A stretch of 41,231 nucleotides of DNA from a virus. Every line of letters begins with the position of its first letter. The first letter of the stretch is position 1. The notes under the pieces were generated by a model. That model saw nothing but the letters and a program-made list of their open reading frames with translations, had not been told where the DNA came from and searched no databases. Below are positions 34,801-41,179 of this stretch, piece by piece. The stretch covers positions 1 through 41,231 of the IMG/VR virus record IMGVR_UViG_3300045988_102542; one strand, 5' to 3'. The position numbers and the translations under genes are program-made.

Positions 34801-35085
34801 ATTAATCAGATCAACTTGTCACCGACGACAACGACGATAAATGGAAAGTATTTACATGTTACCGGACAGACCGTTTTTGACAATAACGTTATTGTATCAA
34901 GAATGCTTGCGGCAAAAGCCGTAACGGCGGATAAGTTGGCAGTTACATCGTTATCCGCAATAACAGCAAGAATCGGTAGGCTGGAGACAGCGACAAGTGG
35001 AGCACGTACGGTAATTCAGGACAACCTGATTGAAATTTTTGATGAGAACAATTTCCGTGTTATAGCGTTAGGGGTGAACATCTGA
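31822..35085 (+). CDS. Host-specificity / central tail fibre protein (lambda gpJ-like)
   Basis: TTG 31822 after SD GAGGTG (the track ATG 31768 lies inside the hicAB operator). YTYTVAVILGLCEGPIAGIGKVWIGKN block and FN3-like repeats. About 1090 aa. Confidence 0.8.
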   Translation: MSFFRGRTTTTRANKISEFTVNTAEYGAVVPEIIGTVRTAGNVIYYDDFTAHEHRETHKAGKGGRSKQVSITYTYTVAVILGLCEGPIAGIGKVWIGKNVHNYPADDIQLTLFDGKENQQPWAYTQGKHPEKALPYPGLAYMAGVIDLGDSGSMPSYNFEVKGRLLETGDGIDVNPADYIRYVLDKIGKKDMQIIGLDNYRKYCKEADLLISSPPDEDAKAAREVVNEIAKLTNAYVFWSNDKLKIVPLADRPVGSWTPDKTGITDLTADDFLPQTGGALVTYKRKDSSAIYNQFPVEFINRANGYEKESVSYEFTEDIKNYGVRAASVTNAHYIYTKERAVKIAEQLARNNKYERTQYTFKLDWSLCRLEVGDLVRLTDENSGIFEQVAVINSITEGADGCLTVTAISRAPGDYPAAKYNVHANDRPYIDYNKPAPDTVPVIFQPPADLTSDGLELWIAAKGKANGWGGCTVYVSDDNTNYRTAGQIANSARCGKLISNITKDSTDVIVSCNDQLLSGTQQDAERKNTLCWIGGECLSYVTATLQNDGNYKLSGCIRGQYNTTPIAHSAGADFVRLDNGVLHLDFTKEDIGKKIYLKFCSYNIFGAGNQDLSEVRAYEYTLAPYYIPPVTNITAYNRYRQLADGVSRYDIVVSWTPPELQSYLQGDVWYKTSNAQAKDLVIKEGTKGSELGFDGEWTFGGSGKDQVVIPQAIVGDTYLIAVCTKDEWGETTSPDTSPQLKILVALKTEIPNTPDGFGIDFGSVCTASWKEVTNTDVAFYEIRTDDNAGAETAGLLARTNNLSAILPLTERSGKLYLYAKSAIGKYSTPAILQYNKPIPKKPNPPVLTSTIGGFGLTAEAIPKDCAGMNIYINGTDGQKTIKTENNSYSHTCGAGIYDVSIAYYDFFGEGEKSEASRVVVKVSISKDMLEDEAVSIAKVDALVKQKLNDGAIAKQDVTTIVSNLGNLMLAKANYSAIAQMTDAINLRVQKGDVINQINLSPTTTTINGKYLHVTGQTVFDNNVIVSRMLAAKAVTADKLAVTSLSAITARIGRLETATSGARTVIQDNLIEIFDENNFRVIALGVNI

Positions 35086-35366
35086 TGGCTATTGGATTAA
35101 AAATTTATCATCCGCAAAAAGGATTGATACTTGATATCACAGATTCACTGACCCGCATTCTCGGCAGTTTTACAGCCGACACACCGACAGGAAGCCGAAC
35201 TATCGATATTCGAGGTAACGACCGGCTATTTGTGTTTTTCGTTCCGGAAACTACGGAATATACAACACCGCTGCAAATTACGACATCGGGCAATCAAATT
35301 AGATGGGTATACCGCGGTGACTTCGACGGAAACAGAAAGCAGAGGATCTACTATGGCACTTATTAA
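35085..35366 (+). CDS. Hypothetical tail protein (93 aa)
   Basis: Start overlaps the J-like stop by 1 nt. Confidence 0.55.
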   Translation: MAIGLKIYHPQKGLILDITDSLTRILGSFTADTPTGSRTIDIRGNDRLFVFFVPETTEYTTPLQITTSGNQIRWVYRGDFDGNRKQRIYYGTY

Positions 35367-36081
35367 TTTTTTAGAAATTTACAATGCTGACAGGCACCTT
35401 ATTATTAACAATAAGTATAAAAACTTAAGGTTATTAAGAGTAGATAAACTGCCCGCGCCGTCACAAATAGCCGAGGGCGGTAGTAATTGGAAATGGTTCG
35501 AATACGAAATTGCTTTTAATATGCAGTACATTCCGGCGATCTATTGTAGTAACCCTCAATACTACGTTACCGCCGAAGCAAACGGCGGGAAAATGACGTT
35601 GCGAGTACACGCTCCCGTATCGGTGTCGATGATACAGACACAGGTACATGAATCGATTACTTTATATATTTTCACGCAAGAGTCCGATCCGAATACATTA
35701 GGAGCAGGACTGTTTATATGGGACCCCGATACGAAGAAATTAGTATTTAATAGTAAAACGCCGTACTTGAGAGTTGTAGGTAGTCATATCAAATCCGAAA
35801 TATCAAGTAATGATTCAGCAGGGCTTGCCGCGGTCATGCCGGAGACTTCCTTTCCGTGCGGTAAAGTGGCGGCAATTATGTTTTCGATGCACGAATTTCA
35901 AAGAAGCACACCACAAGCAGTAGTTCATAGCTCGCTAAAGCTAAATTGGGTCAATTCAAATAGAATTAAATCACAATGGCTTGCGGATAGTGCGATTGTC
36001 AATCCTGGCGGCGATATACACATACCGGGCGGTGTTTTAAGAGCTACATGCATTTTATTCGCAAATGTCACAGGTTATTAA
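35353..36081 (+). CDS. Hypothetical tail/fibre-associated protein (242 aa)
   Basis: ATG 35353 (MALINFLEIY) overlaps the upstream ORF end. The track start 35230 lies inside the previous gene. Confidence 0.55.
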   Translation: MALINFLEIYNADRHLIINNKYKNLRLLRVDKLPAPSQIAEGGSNWKWFEYEIAFNMQYIPAIYCSNPQYYVTAEANGGKMTLRVHAPVSVSMIQTQVHESITLYIFTQESDPNTLGAGLFIWDPDTKKLVFNSKTPYLRVVGSHIKSEISSNDSAGLAAVMPETSFPCGKVAAIMFSMHEFQRSTPQAVVHSSLKLNWVNSNRIKSQWLADSAIVNPGGDIHIPGGVLRATCILFANVTGY

Positions 36082-36095
36082 AAAGGAGAGAAATC

Positions 36096-36290
36096 ATGAA
36101 AAGAAACTACAATGTCAACGGCAAAGTGTCATATCCGCAGAACGACGGAGTTTTAACGACATTCAGCTTTCATAATCCGGAAACAGGCGAAATGCTGACG
36201 ATACAGACAACGTCGCAAGAAGAAACCGACGAACTGAACTACGGAGACACGGTCACGCTTGAAATTAGAAAAGTCGAGGTATCCGAATGA
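36096..36290 (+). CDS. Hypothetical protein (64 aa)
   Basis: ATG 36096 after SD AAAGGAGAG. Confidence 0.55.
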   Translation: MKRNYNVNGKVSYPQNDGVLTTFSFHNPETGEMLTIQTTSQEETDELNYGDTVTLEIRKVEVSE

Positions 36291-36994
36291 AACCACAAGC
36301 TTTTCAACATCCGGAAATTCGTGACGAAAACGACAACATCATACAGAACGGGGCGTTCGGGAAAAACACGCCGTTTTGCACGAAGGGGAATGACGGCATT
36401 TTAGACTACATTGCGAACGACCTTGAGTATCTATATGAAAACGGGGGCAGCGGCGGTAGCGGAGCAGGTCCGAAAGGTGACCCAGGTCCTAAGGGCGACC
36501 CCGGACCAAAGGGTGACCCGGGTCCTAAGGGTGCCGACGGGAAGAACGGACAAGACGGGGCAGCGGCAACGATAAAAGTCGGAGAAGTGACGACAGGTAC
36601 CTCCGCTTCGGTGACAAATTCCGGCAATAGTACAAATGCTGTATTTGATTTTGTCATTCCGGTTTCCGGCGGCGGACAGGGTATTCAAGGCCCCAAAGGA
36701 GATCCCGGGCCGAAAGGAACAGACGGAAAAGACGGAGTCGCTGCAACAATCAAAATCGGAACGGTAACAACAGTGGCACCAGGCACAAATGCTAAGATCA
36801 CAAATACCGGAACGGCCAACGCAGCAGTGTTTAATTTTTCAATTCCGAAAGGCGAGAAAGGGGAAAAAGGAAATACGGGGATACAGGGTCCGCCGGGACC
36901 TGCCGCAGATCTATCGCAGTATGTGAAGAAGACAGAAATTTTTGATGGAAATATGATTAAATTGCCGAATGGCGCAAAGATAGGAGTGGAATGA
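36287..36994 (+). CDS. Collagen-like repeat tail fibre protein
   Basis: Three Gly-X-Y tracts (GPKGDPGPKGDPGPKGDPGPKGADGKNGQDG; GPKGDPGPKGTDGKDG; KGEKGEKGNTGIQGPPGP) separated by two paralogous about 35-aa modules. Confidence 0.85.
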   Translation: MKPQAFQHPEIRDENDNIIQNGAFGKNTPFCTKGNDGILDYIANDLEYLYENGGSGGSGAGPKGDPGPKGDPGPKGDPGPKGADGKNGQDGAAATIKVGEVTTGTSASVTNSGNSTNAVFDFVIPVSGGGQGIQGPKGDPGPKGTDGKDGVAATIKIGTVTTVAPGTNAKITNTGTANAAVFNFSIPKGEKGEKGNTGIQGPPGPAADLSQYVKKTEIFDGNMIKLPNGAKIGVE

Positions 36995-37506
36995 TGGATA
37001 AATTTAAAATTATCAGGCCAAACGGGGAAGAAGAACTTGCAGAATTAACGACGGATAAATCTAAAGTCGGAGACAATTACTTAAAAATTAACATTGACGG
37101 TGTGCCGCATTACGCAAAAGTCGGAGATGTTGTTGACACGCACATGTACACATTTAGCGGCGTTGACGGTAAAAAATATTATGTGCAGAAGGAAATTGCA
37201 GCAGAAGCGCTTGCAGGCAGCGTTGAAGTTAAAGGAAATTCAGAATTTATTGTACCGGAAAGAGTTACAGTCATTGAAATAACAGCCGGTTCCGAAATGA
37301 AACCCGAAATGAAATATGTCAAAGTAACGCCCGGATCAACTCTTAGTATTGAGTTTTTTCATATGCATCCGTGGGATTACGGGTGGTTTATAGAAAGTGA
37401 AAGCGATAAAGTTTATGGAACACAGTTTTTAATGACAGATAGTATTACAATCAGATGGTCGAGTGAGATAAACGAGCATGAAACGGAAGCGGATTTAACA
37501 ACATAG
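36991..37506 (+). CDS. Hypothetical fibre-associated protein (171 aa)
   Basis: ATGA overlap with the fibre gene. Confidence 0.55.
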   Translation: MMDKFKIIRPNGEEELAELTTDKSKVGDNYLKINIDGVPHYAKVGDVVDTHMYTFSGVDGKKYYVQKEIAAEALAGSVEVKGNSEFIVPERVTVIEITAGSEMKPEMKYVKVTPGSTLSIEFFHMHPWDYGWFIESESDKVYGTQFLMTDSITIRWSSEINEHETEADLTT

Positions 37507-37519
37507 CAGGAGACCGAAA

Positions 37520-38161
37520 ATGACATTCTTTCAAAATCTCAAAAGAAAAATAAAAAAGTACGGCAAACCACCGTATCTGTGGGGCGGATTTGTTACATGC
37601 GTTTTTGTCTTAGACTTGATAGACTTTGCCGAATACTTCTGCCGAACTTCTCTCAATCTCTTAGACAAATGGGAATCAAAGACAGTCGTAAGCGTTGTGC
37701 TGATGTACATCTTGTCATTTATTAACAGTGCATACGGGGTTGTGCTCAACGCTTATTTTTGGCTGATTATCATTGACATTTCTACACGCTGGCTGGCTAT
37801 CGGTTATCAATATCTTGTAGATAAAGGCATGGATCCCGATTACTTAACAACGAGAGAAAAGCTATACGGTATTATTCTTGCGTTCAGCGCCAAAAGGCTA
37901 AAATCGAAAATCATGCTGTGGGGGTTTCTGACAAAATTTATTCTCTTCACAATTCTCATTCTTACAGCTTCGCAGATTGACACGGTTTTATCGGCAATAG
38001 AAATACCGTTGTCATGGCCGGTACTCAAATTCATGTTCGGCTATATCTGCTACAACGAGATATTGTCGATTTGTGAGAATTTGAGAGACGCAGGAAATCA
38101 GCACATCGACAAGTTGATAACGCTGCTTGACAACAATATTTTTGCAAAACTCAAGAAATAA
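37520..38161 (+). CDS. Holin-like multi-pass membrane protein
   Basis: At least four hydrophobic segments. C-terminal YICYNEILSICENLRDAG resembles the E..SI.EN motif of LL-H-type holins. Lies immediately upstream of the amidase. Confidence 0.6.
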   Translation: MTFFQNLKRKIKKYGKPPYLWGGFVTCVFVLDLIDFAEYFCRTSLNLLDKWESKTVVSVVLMYILSFINSAYGVVLNAYFWLIIIDISTRWLAIGYQYLVDKGMDPDYLTTREKLYGIILAFSAKRLKSKIMLWGFLTKFILFTILILTASQIDTVLSAIEIPLSWPVLKFMFGYICYNEILSICENLRDAGNQHIDKLITLLDNNIFAKLKK

Positions 38162-38180
38162 CCGCTAATGGCGGTTTTTT
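38160..38180 (+). terminator. Hairpin + T-run between holin and lysin genes
   Basis: AACCGC-taatg-GCGGTT followed by TTTT. Confidence 0.45.
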
Positions 38181-38194
38181 AGATGGAGGTATTT

Positions 38195-38719
38195 ATGACA
38201 ATAGCCGAATTTAAACAAGAGCTCATTGACAAAAGAAGCTATTTTTATCAATTCCCGTGGCCGGCTACTACATACGGACACTGGTCGGCCGGACGGTACT
38301 TCACAACGTTTAACGACTATCATTTTAATGTTGACGGAGACGGTGAAATCATCTACACAAGACCGCTCGACGAAGTACCGCGGGCAACTTGGCACAGGAA
38401 TACAGGCAGTATCGCAATTGCTCTGTGCTGCTGCTATAACGCCCGTCCAGATGACTTGGGAGAATACCCGCCTACGGAGGCACAGATTGAAACGCTGGCG
38501 AAGATGTTTGCGGTTATTGCAGATGTTTTCGATAATCCAATTGATAGAGAGCATTTCATGACACACGGTGAAGCGGCTAATGACGACGGCTACGGACTGT
38601 ACAGCGGAGAGCCTGACTGTCGCTGGGATTTAGAGCAGCTCTGTGATCAGGACGAAATCGGGACCGGCGGAGATATTCTCCGCGGAAAAGCGCAGTGGTA
38701 TTTAGAGAACGAGGTGTAA
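38195..38719 (+). CDS. N-acetylmuramoyl-L-alanine amidase (Amidase_2/PGRP-type endolysin), single domain
   Basis: ATG 38195 after SD GGAGG. HWSAGRY..DYHFNVDGDGEI..WHRNTGSIAIAL..PPTEAQIETL pattern. No cell-wall-binding domain. Confidence 0.75.
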   Translation: MTIAEFKQELIDKRSYFYQFPWPATTYGHWSAGRYFTTFNDYHFNVDGDGEIIYTRPLDEVPRATWHRNTGSIAIALCCCYNARPDDLGEYPPTEAQIETLAKMFAVIADVFDNPIDREHFMTHGEAANDDGYGLYSGEPDCRWDLEQLCDQDEIGTGGDILRGKAQWYLENEV

Positions 38720-38720
38720 A

Positions 38721-39104
38721 ATGTATGAGAAGAAAAAGATTATCACTATTGCTTGCGCTGTCTTTGCTGTCTGCGCCGTGCTTGTCTATCTCATATGCAC
38801 AGGCACCGGTGGCAACCGAAACGGTAACAATGCAAAGGACACAGTACGAGAAGCTCAAGAGTACAGCAAGCAATCAGCAGATGCGGTTAGATCTGCTGGA
38901 GAGCAAATTAAATCAGCTGGAGAGCAACTCGACCGAAGCATCTCAAGAGTTGACAGCGCTGCGGAATCAGCTGACAGAGTGCAGAAAAGAATTGATGAGA
39001 ACTCAAGAACAATTGCAGAGTGCAGAGATATCATTAAAGACAGCAGAAGAGAACTTGATGAAGCTGCAGATATCTTTAGACGAGTTGACGAAGAAAATCG
39101 ATGA
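38721..39104 (+). CDS. Alternative-frame N-terminal TM + coiled-coil protein (127 aa)
   Basis: ATG 38721 shares SD GAGGTG with ATG 38725. KKIITIACAVFAVCAVLVYLICTG TM segment, then a charged helical region. High G at codon position 1. Confidence 0.35.
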   Translation: MYEKKKIITIACAVFAVCAVLVYLICTGTGGNRNGNNAKDTVREAQEYSKQSADAVRSAGEQIKSAGEQLDRSISRVDSAAESADRVQKRIDENSRTIAECRDIIKDSRRELDEAADIFRRVDEENR

Positions 39105-39207
39105 CCTGACGCATGACGTGAAGCTTGTGAAACGGCAAAGAAACCTCTGGTCATACATCGCAGGAACAGTGGCAACAGGCTGGCTGGTAGACAGATTAAG
39201 TAATTAA
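38725..39207 (+). CDS. Signal/anchor + coiled-coil + C-terminal TM protein (160 aa)
   Basis: MRRKRLSLLLALSLLSAPCLSISYA/QAP, a long L/Q/E/K heptad region, C-terminal LWSYIAGTVATGWLV. Stop lies 2 nt before a strong terminator. Overlaps an alternative frame. Confidence 0.5.
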   Translation: MRRKRLSLLLALSLLSAPCLSISYAQAPVATETVTMQRTQYEKLKSTASNQQMRLDLLESKLNQLESNSTEASQELTALRNQLTECRKELMRTQEQLQSAEISLKTAEENLMKLQISLDELTKKIDDLTHDVKLVKRQRNLWSYIAGTVATGWLVDRLSN

Positions 39208-39208
39208 C

Positions 39209-39236
39209 GGGGCGGGAAACCGCCCTCTTTTTTTTA
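39209..39236 (+). terminator. Rho-independent terminator of the lysis module
   Basis: GGGCGG-gaaa-CCGCCC followed by TCTTTTTTTT. Confidence 0.85.
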
Positions 39237-39265
39237 TTGCATAAATTACTTTATTATGCTATGAT
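39237..39265 (+). promoter_or_regulatory. Promoter with extended -10
   Basis: TTGCAT (39237-39242), 17-nt spacer ending in TGC, TATGAT (39260-39265). Confidence 0.5.
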
Positions 39266-39271
39266 TTAGTC

Positions 39272-39346
39272 GTCAGGGGGAAACCTCTGTGGGTTTAAAT
39301 AATCTGAAAAAGGAAAAGGAGCAGGGAGAAATCCTTGCTCTTTTTC
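39272..39346 (+). ncRNA. Candidate about 75-nt small RNA (no ORF)
   Basis: Lies between the promoter at 39237-39265 and the terminator GAGCAGGG-agaaat-CCTTGCTC+T5 (39319-39345). 5' hairpin CAGGGG-gaaa-CCTCTG. No ORF longer than 3 codons. Confidence 0.4.
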
Positions 39347-39394
39347 TGTTGCATGATATAAAAAATAATTATAACAAAACATCTTGAAAATGTA

Positions 39395-39423
39395 TTGACT
39401 AATCAAAGATGATATAGTAATAT
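39395..39423 (+). promoter_or_regulatory. Promoter of the cargo operon
   Basis: TTGACT (39395-39400), 17-nt spacer, TAATAT (39418-39423). Located 60 nt upstream of a strong SD and ATG 39484. Confidence 0.5.
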
Positions 39424-39483
39424 ATAATCAAGAAAGGGAAGAACCCCTACAGATTATTTAAAACCACTAAGGAGGAAAACAAA

Positions 39484-39891
39484 ATGAAGTACGAAGTAAA
39501 AATGAGTTGCGGACACACAGAAACAATCCAGTTATTTGGTAAATGCGCAGACCGAGAAAGAAAAATTGAATGGCTTGAAAGATACGGGCTCTGCGAAGAA
39601 TGTAAAAAAGAACAAGCCGCAAAAGAAATAAAAAAAGCAGAAGAAGCAGGACTTCCGGAATTGGAAGGATCCGAAAAGCAGATCGCTTGGGCGGCAAAAA
39701 TCAGAAACGGATTCCTGCCGAAAGCAAAAGAGGCCTTAGAAAGAAACAGCAAAGCACCTTTCGCCAAAGAATGGTACGATTGGTTTGTTAGCCAGACAAA
39801 TGCTTCATATTGGATTGATATCAGAGATGATACTATCCGCGAAATTGTAAAGAACTGGTACGAAACCGTCTATACCAAAAAGGAGGCATAA
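39484..39891 (+). CDS. Hypothetical protein with N-terminal Cys/His (zinc-ribbon-like) cluster
   Basis: SD AAGGAGG. MSCGHTE..C..(16)..CEEC, then LEGSEKQIAWAAKIR. No confident family assignment. Confidence 0.65.
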   Translation: MKYEVKMSCGHTETIQLFGKCADRERKIEWLERYGLCEECKKEQAAKEIKKAEEAGLPELEGSEKQIAWAAKIRNGFLPKAKEALERNSKAPFAKEWYDWFVSQTNASYWIDIRDDTIREIVKNWYETVYTKKEA

Positions 39892-39894
39892 AAA

Positions 39895-40242
39895 ATGAAA
39901 ATTGCAATTACAGATAGAAATAACGAAATCAGGGATCTCAACTATCGGAAAAACGGACTCGATTATACCGAAGACTTGATTGGCTTCGGTATAATGCCGG
40001 CGTATAACGATAATGTCGACGCATATGAAATGAAAGAAGAGGAATATAACTGGTGGAAAAACCTCATTGCGATGCAAGAACGCTGTGATGAAATGGAAGA
40101 AGAAATTGATGATCAAGACGCCATTGAAGATATGAAAGAACAGTGTGGAAATACCGATCTTGAAGACAGCATAAGACAGTATAAGTATCTGCTTGAAGAA
40201 TATATTGAGAGCAGAAAGGAGAATGAGGATGAAAGAAAATAA
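39895..40242 (+). CDS. Highly acidic hypothetical protein (115 aa)
   Basis: SD AAGGAGG. About one third D/E residues (..CDEMEEEIDDQDAIEDMKEQ..). Confidence 0.65.
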   Translation: MKIAITDRNNEIRDLNYRKNGLDYTEDLIGFGIMPAYNDNVDAYEMKEEEYNWWKNLIAMQERCDEMEEEIDDQDAIEDMKEQCGNTDLEDSIRQYKYLLEEYIESRKENEDERK

Positions 40243-41008
40243 AACGGGCTGGGGCGGGCGCCGTAAGGGCGCAGGGGCAAAAAGAACACTGCCTCCGGGC
40301 GCCCGGGTGCGGTCCGTCAAGATGACGGATGAAGAATTATTGAAAATTAAAAAAGTTTTAAATGAATCAAGGAGGAATAAAGCCATGTTTAAACTGTATG
40401 GAATGAAAGATGTTAAGAAAGGAATTTTGTTCAATATCGAGGGGAGCCCGAACGGAGTGATCGCCGTCGCTACCGCATTGAAACCTGGACTGAATGAAAG
40501 AGTAGAGCTTGTCGATGATAGATTTAGAACAAGGTTCAATGTTTATGTAAGCACCGAACCACCTGCCAATTCCCGGGTAAAAAAATCAATGATCGGTGAA
40601 ACTGTTCTTATCGGCAGCGGTAACGATCTAAACGATTTGAAAGAAATAGAAACATACGGATTGGTCAGAATTAACATATATAAAACTTCAGACAGGATTC
40701 ATGTCCATGTAGAAGAGTTGGATACAGGGGCGATTACGGTGACAGGAGAAGGTACAGACTGGGACATCGAAGAAAATAATGGACGTTTCAAGAATATCAA
40801 TGACTATATCGATTGCTTTGTCCGGAATAAAGAAAATGTAAAATCTATAAAAAGGATCTCTAACGATACAATAGAGATCATCTGGTACGATGCAGAATTT
40901 AAGGGTTATATGAGATCAAAACATCAGTTTTGCGTGACGAAAGATCTAATCGGAACAGTCACGCTCGACATGGACGTCGTGAGAAAAAATGACGTAGATA
41001 AAGCGTAA
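40229..41008 (+). CDS. Hypothetical protein: basic RHH-like N-terminus + unknown 207-aa domain
   Basis: ATG 40229 after SD AAAGGAG. N-terminus GWGGRRKGAGAKR..VRSVKMTDEELLKIKKVL. In-frame internal ATG 40385 has its own SD AAGGAGG. Confidence 0.6.
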   Translation: MKENKTGWGGRRKGAGAKRTLPPGARVRSVKMTDEELLKIKKVLNESRRNKAMFKLYGMKDVKKGILFNIEGSPNGVIAVATALKPGLNERVELVDDRFRTRFNVYVSTEPPANSRVKKSMIGETVLIGSGNDLNDLKEIETYGLVRINIYKTSDRIHVHVEELDTGAITVTGEGTDWDIEENNGRFKNINDYIDCFVRNKENVKSIKRISNDTIEIIWYDAEFKGYMRSKHQFCVTKDLIGTVTLDMDVVRKNDVDKA

Positions 41009-41011
41009 TTC

Positions 41012-41045
41012 AAAAAGAGCGGTAATGAAAAAAGAGCGGTAATGA
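41012..41045 (+). repeat. Perfect 17-bp tandem duplication
   Basis: AAAAAGAGCGGTAATGA at 41012-41028 and again at 41029-41045. Confidence 0.9.
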
Positions 41046-41060
41046 TATCGCTCTTTAATC
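41033..41060 (+). terminator. Terminator-like hairpin after the cargo operon
   Basis: AGAGCG-gtaatgatat-CGCTCT followed by TTAATCTTTTT. Confidence 0.5.
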
Positions 41061-41096
41061 TTTTTGGGGAGTGTGTACTTTAACTTTTTTGTAAAG

Positions 41097-41116
41097 TGCT
41101 CCACAAACTGCTCCAC
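41097..41116. promoter_or_regulatory. Candidate integrase arm-type sites (TGCTCCAC x2)
   Basis: 20-mer TGCTCCACAAACTGCTCCAC, identical to 184-203. Confidence 0.45.
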
Positions 41117-41179
41117 ACTCTTTGCTTTTTGATGTTTATTAACGAGTATATGTGTGGAAATATTCGATAAATACAGATA

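Noticed and set aside
36468-36740. Regularly spaced short repeats, considered as a possible CRISPR-like array
   Set aside because: They are in-frame Gly-X-Y codon repeats of a collagen-like protein. There is no repeat-spacer architecture and no cas genes.
39805-40539. 244-aa minus-strand ORF across the cargo operon
   Set aside because: Phe/Leu/Ile-rich reverse-complement shadow of Glu/Lys-rich genes. The plus-strand genes have strong SDs and this ORF has none.
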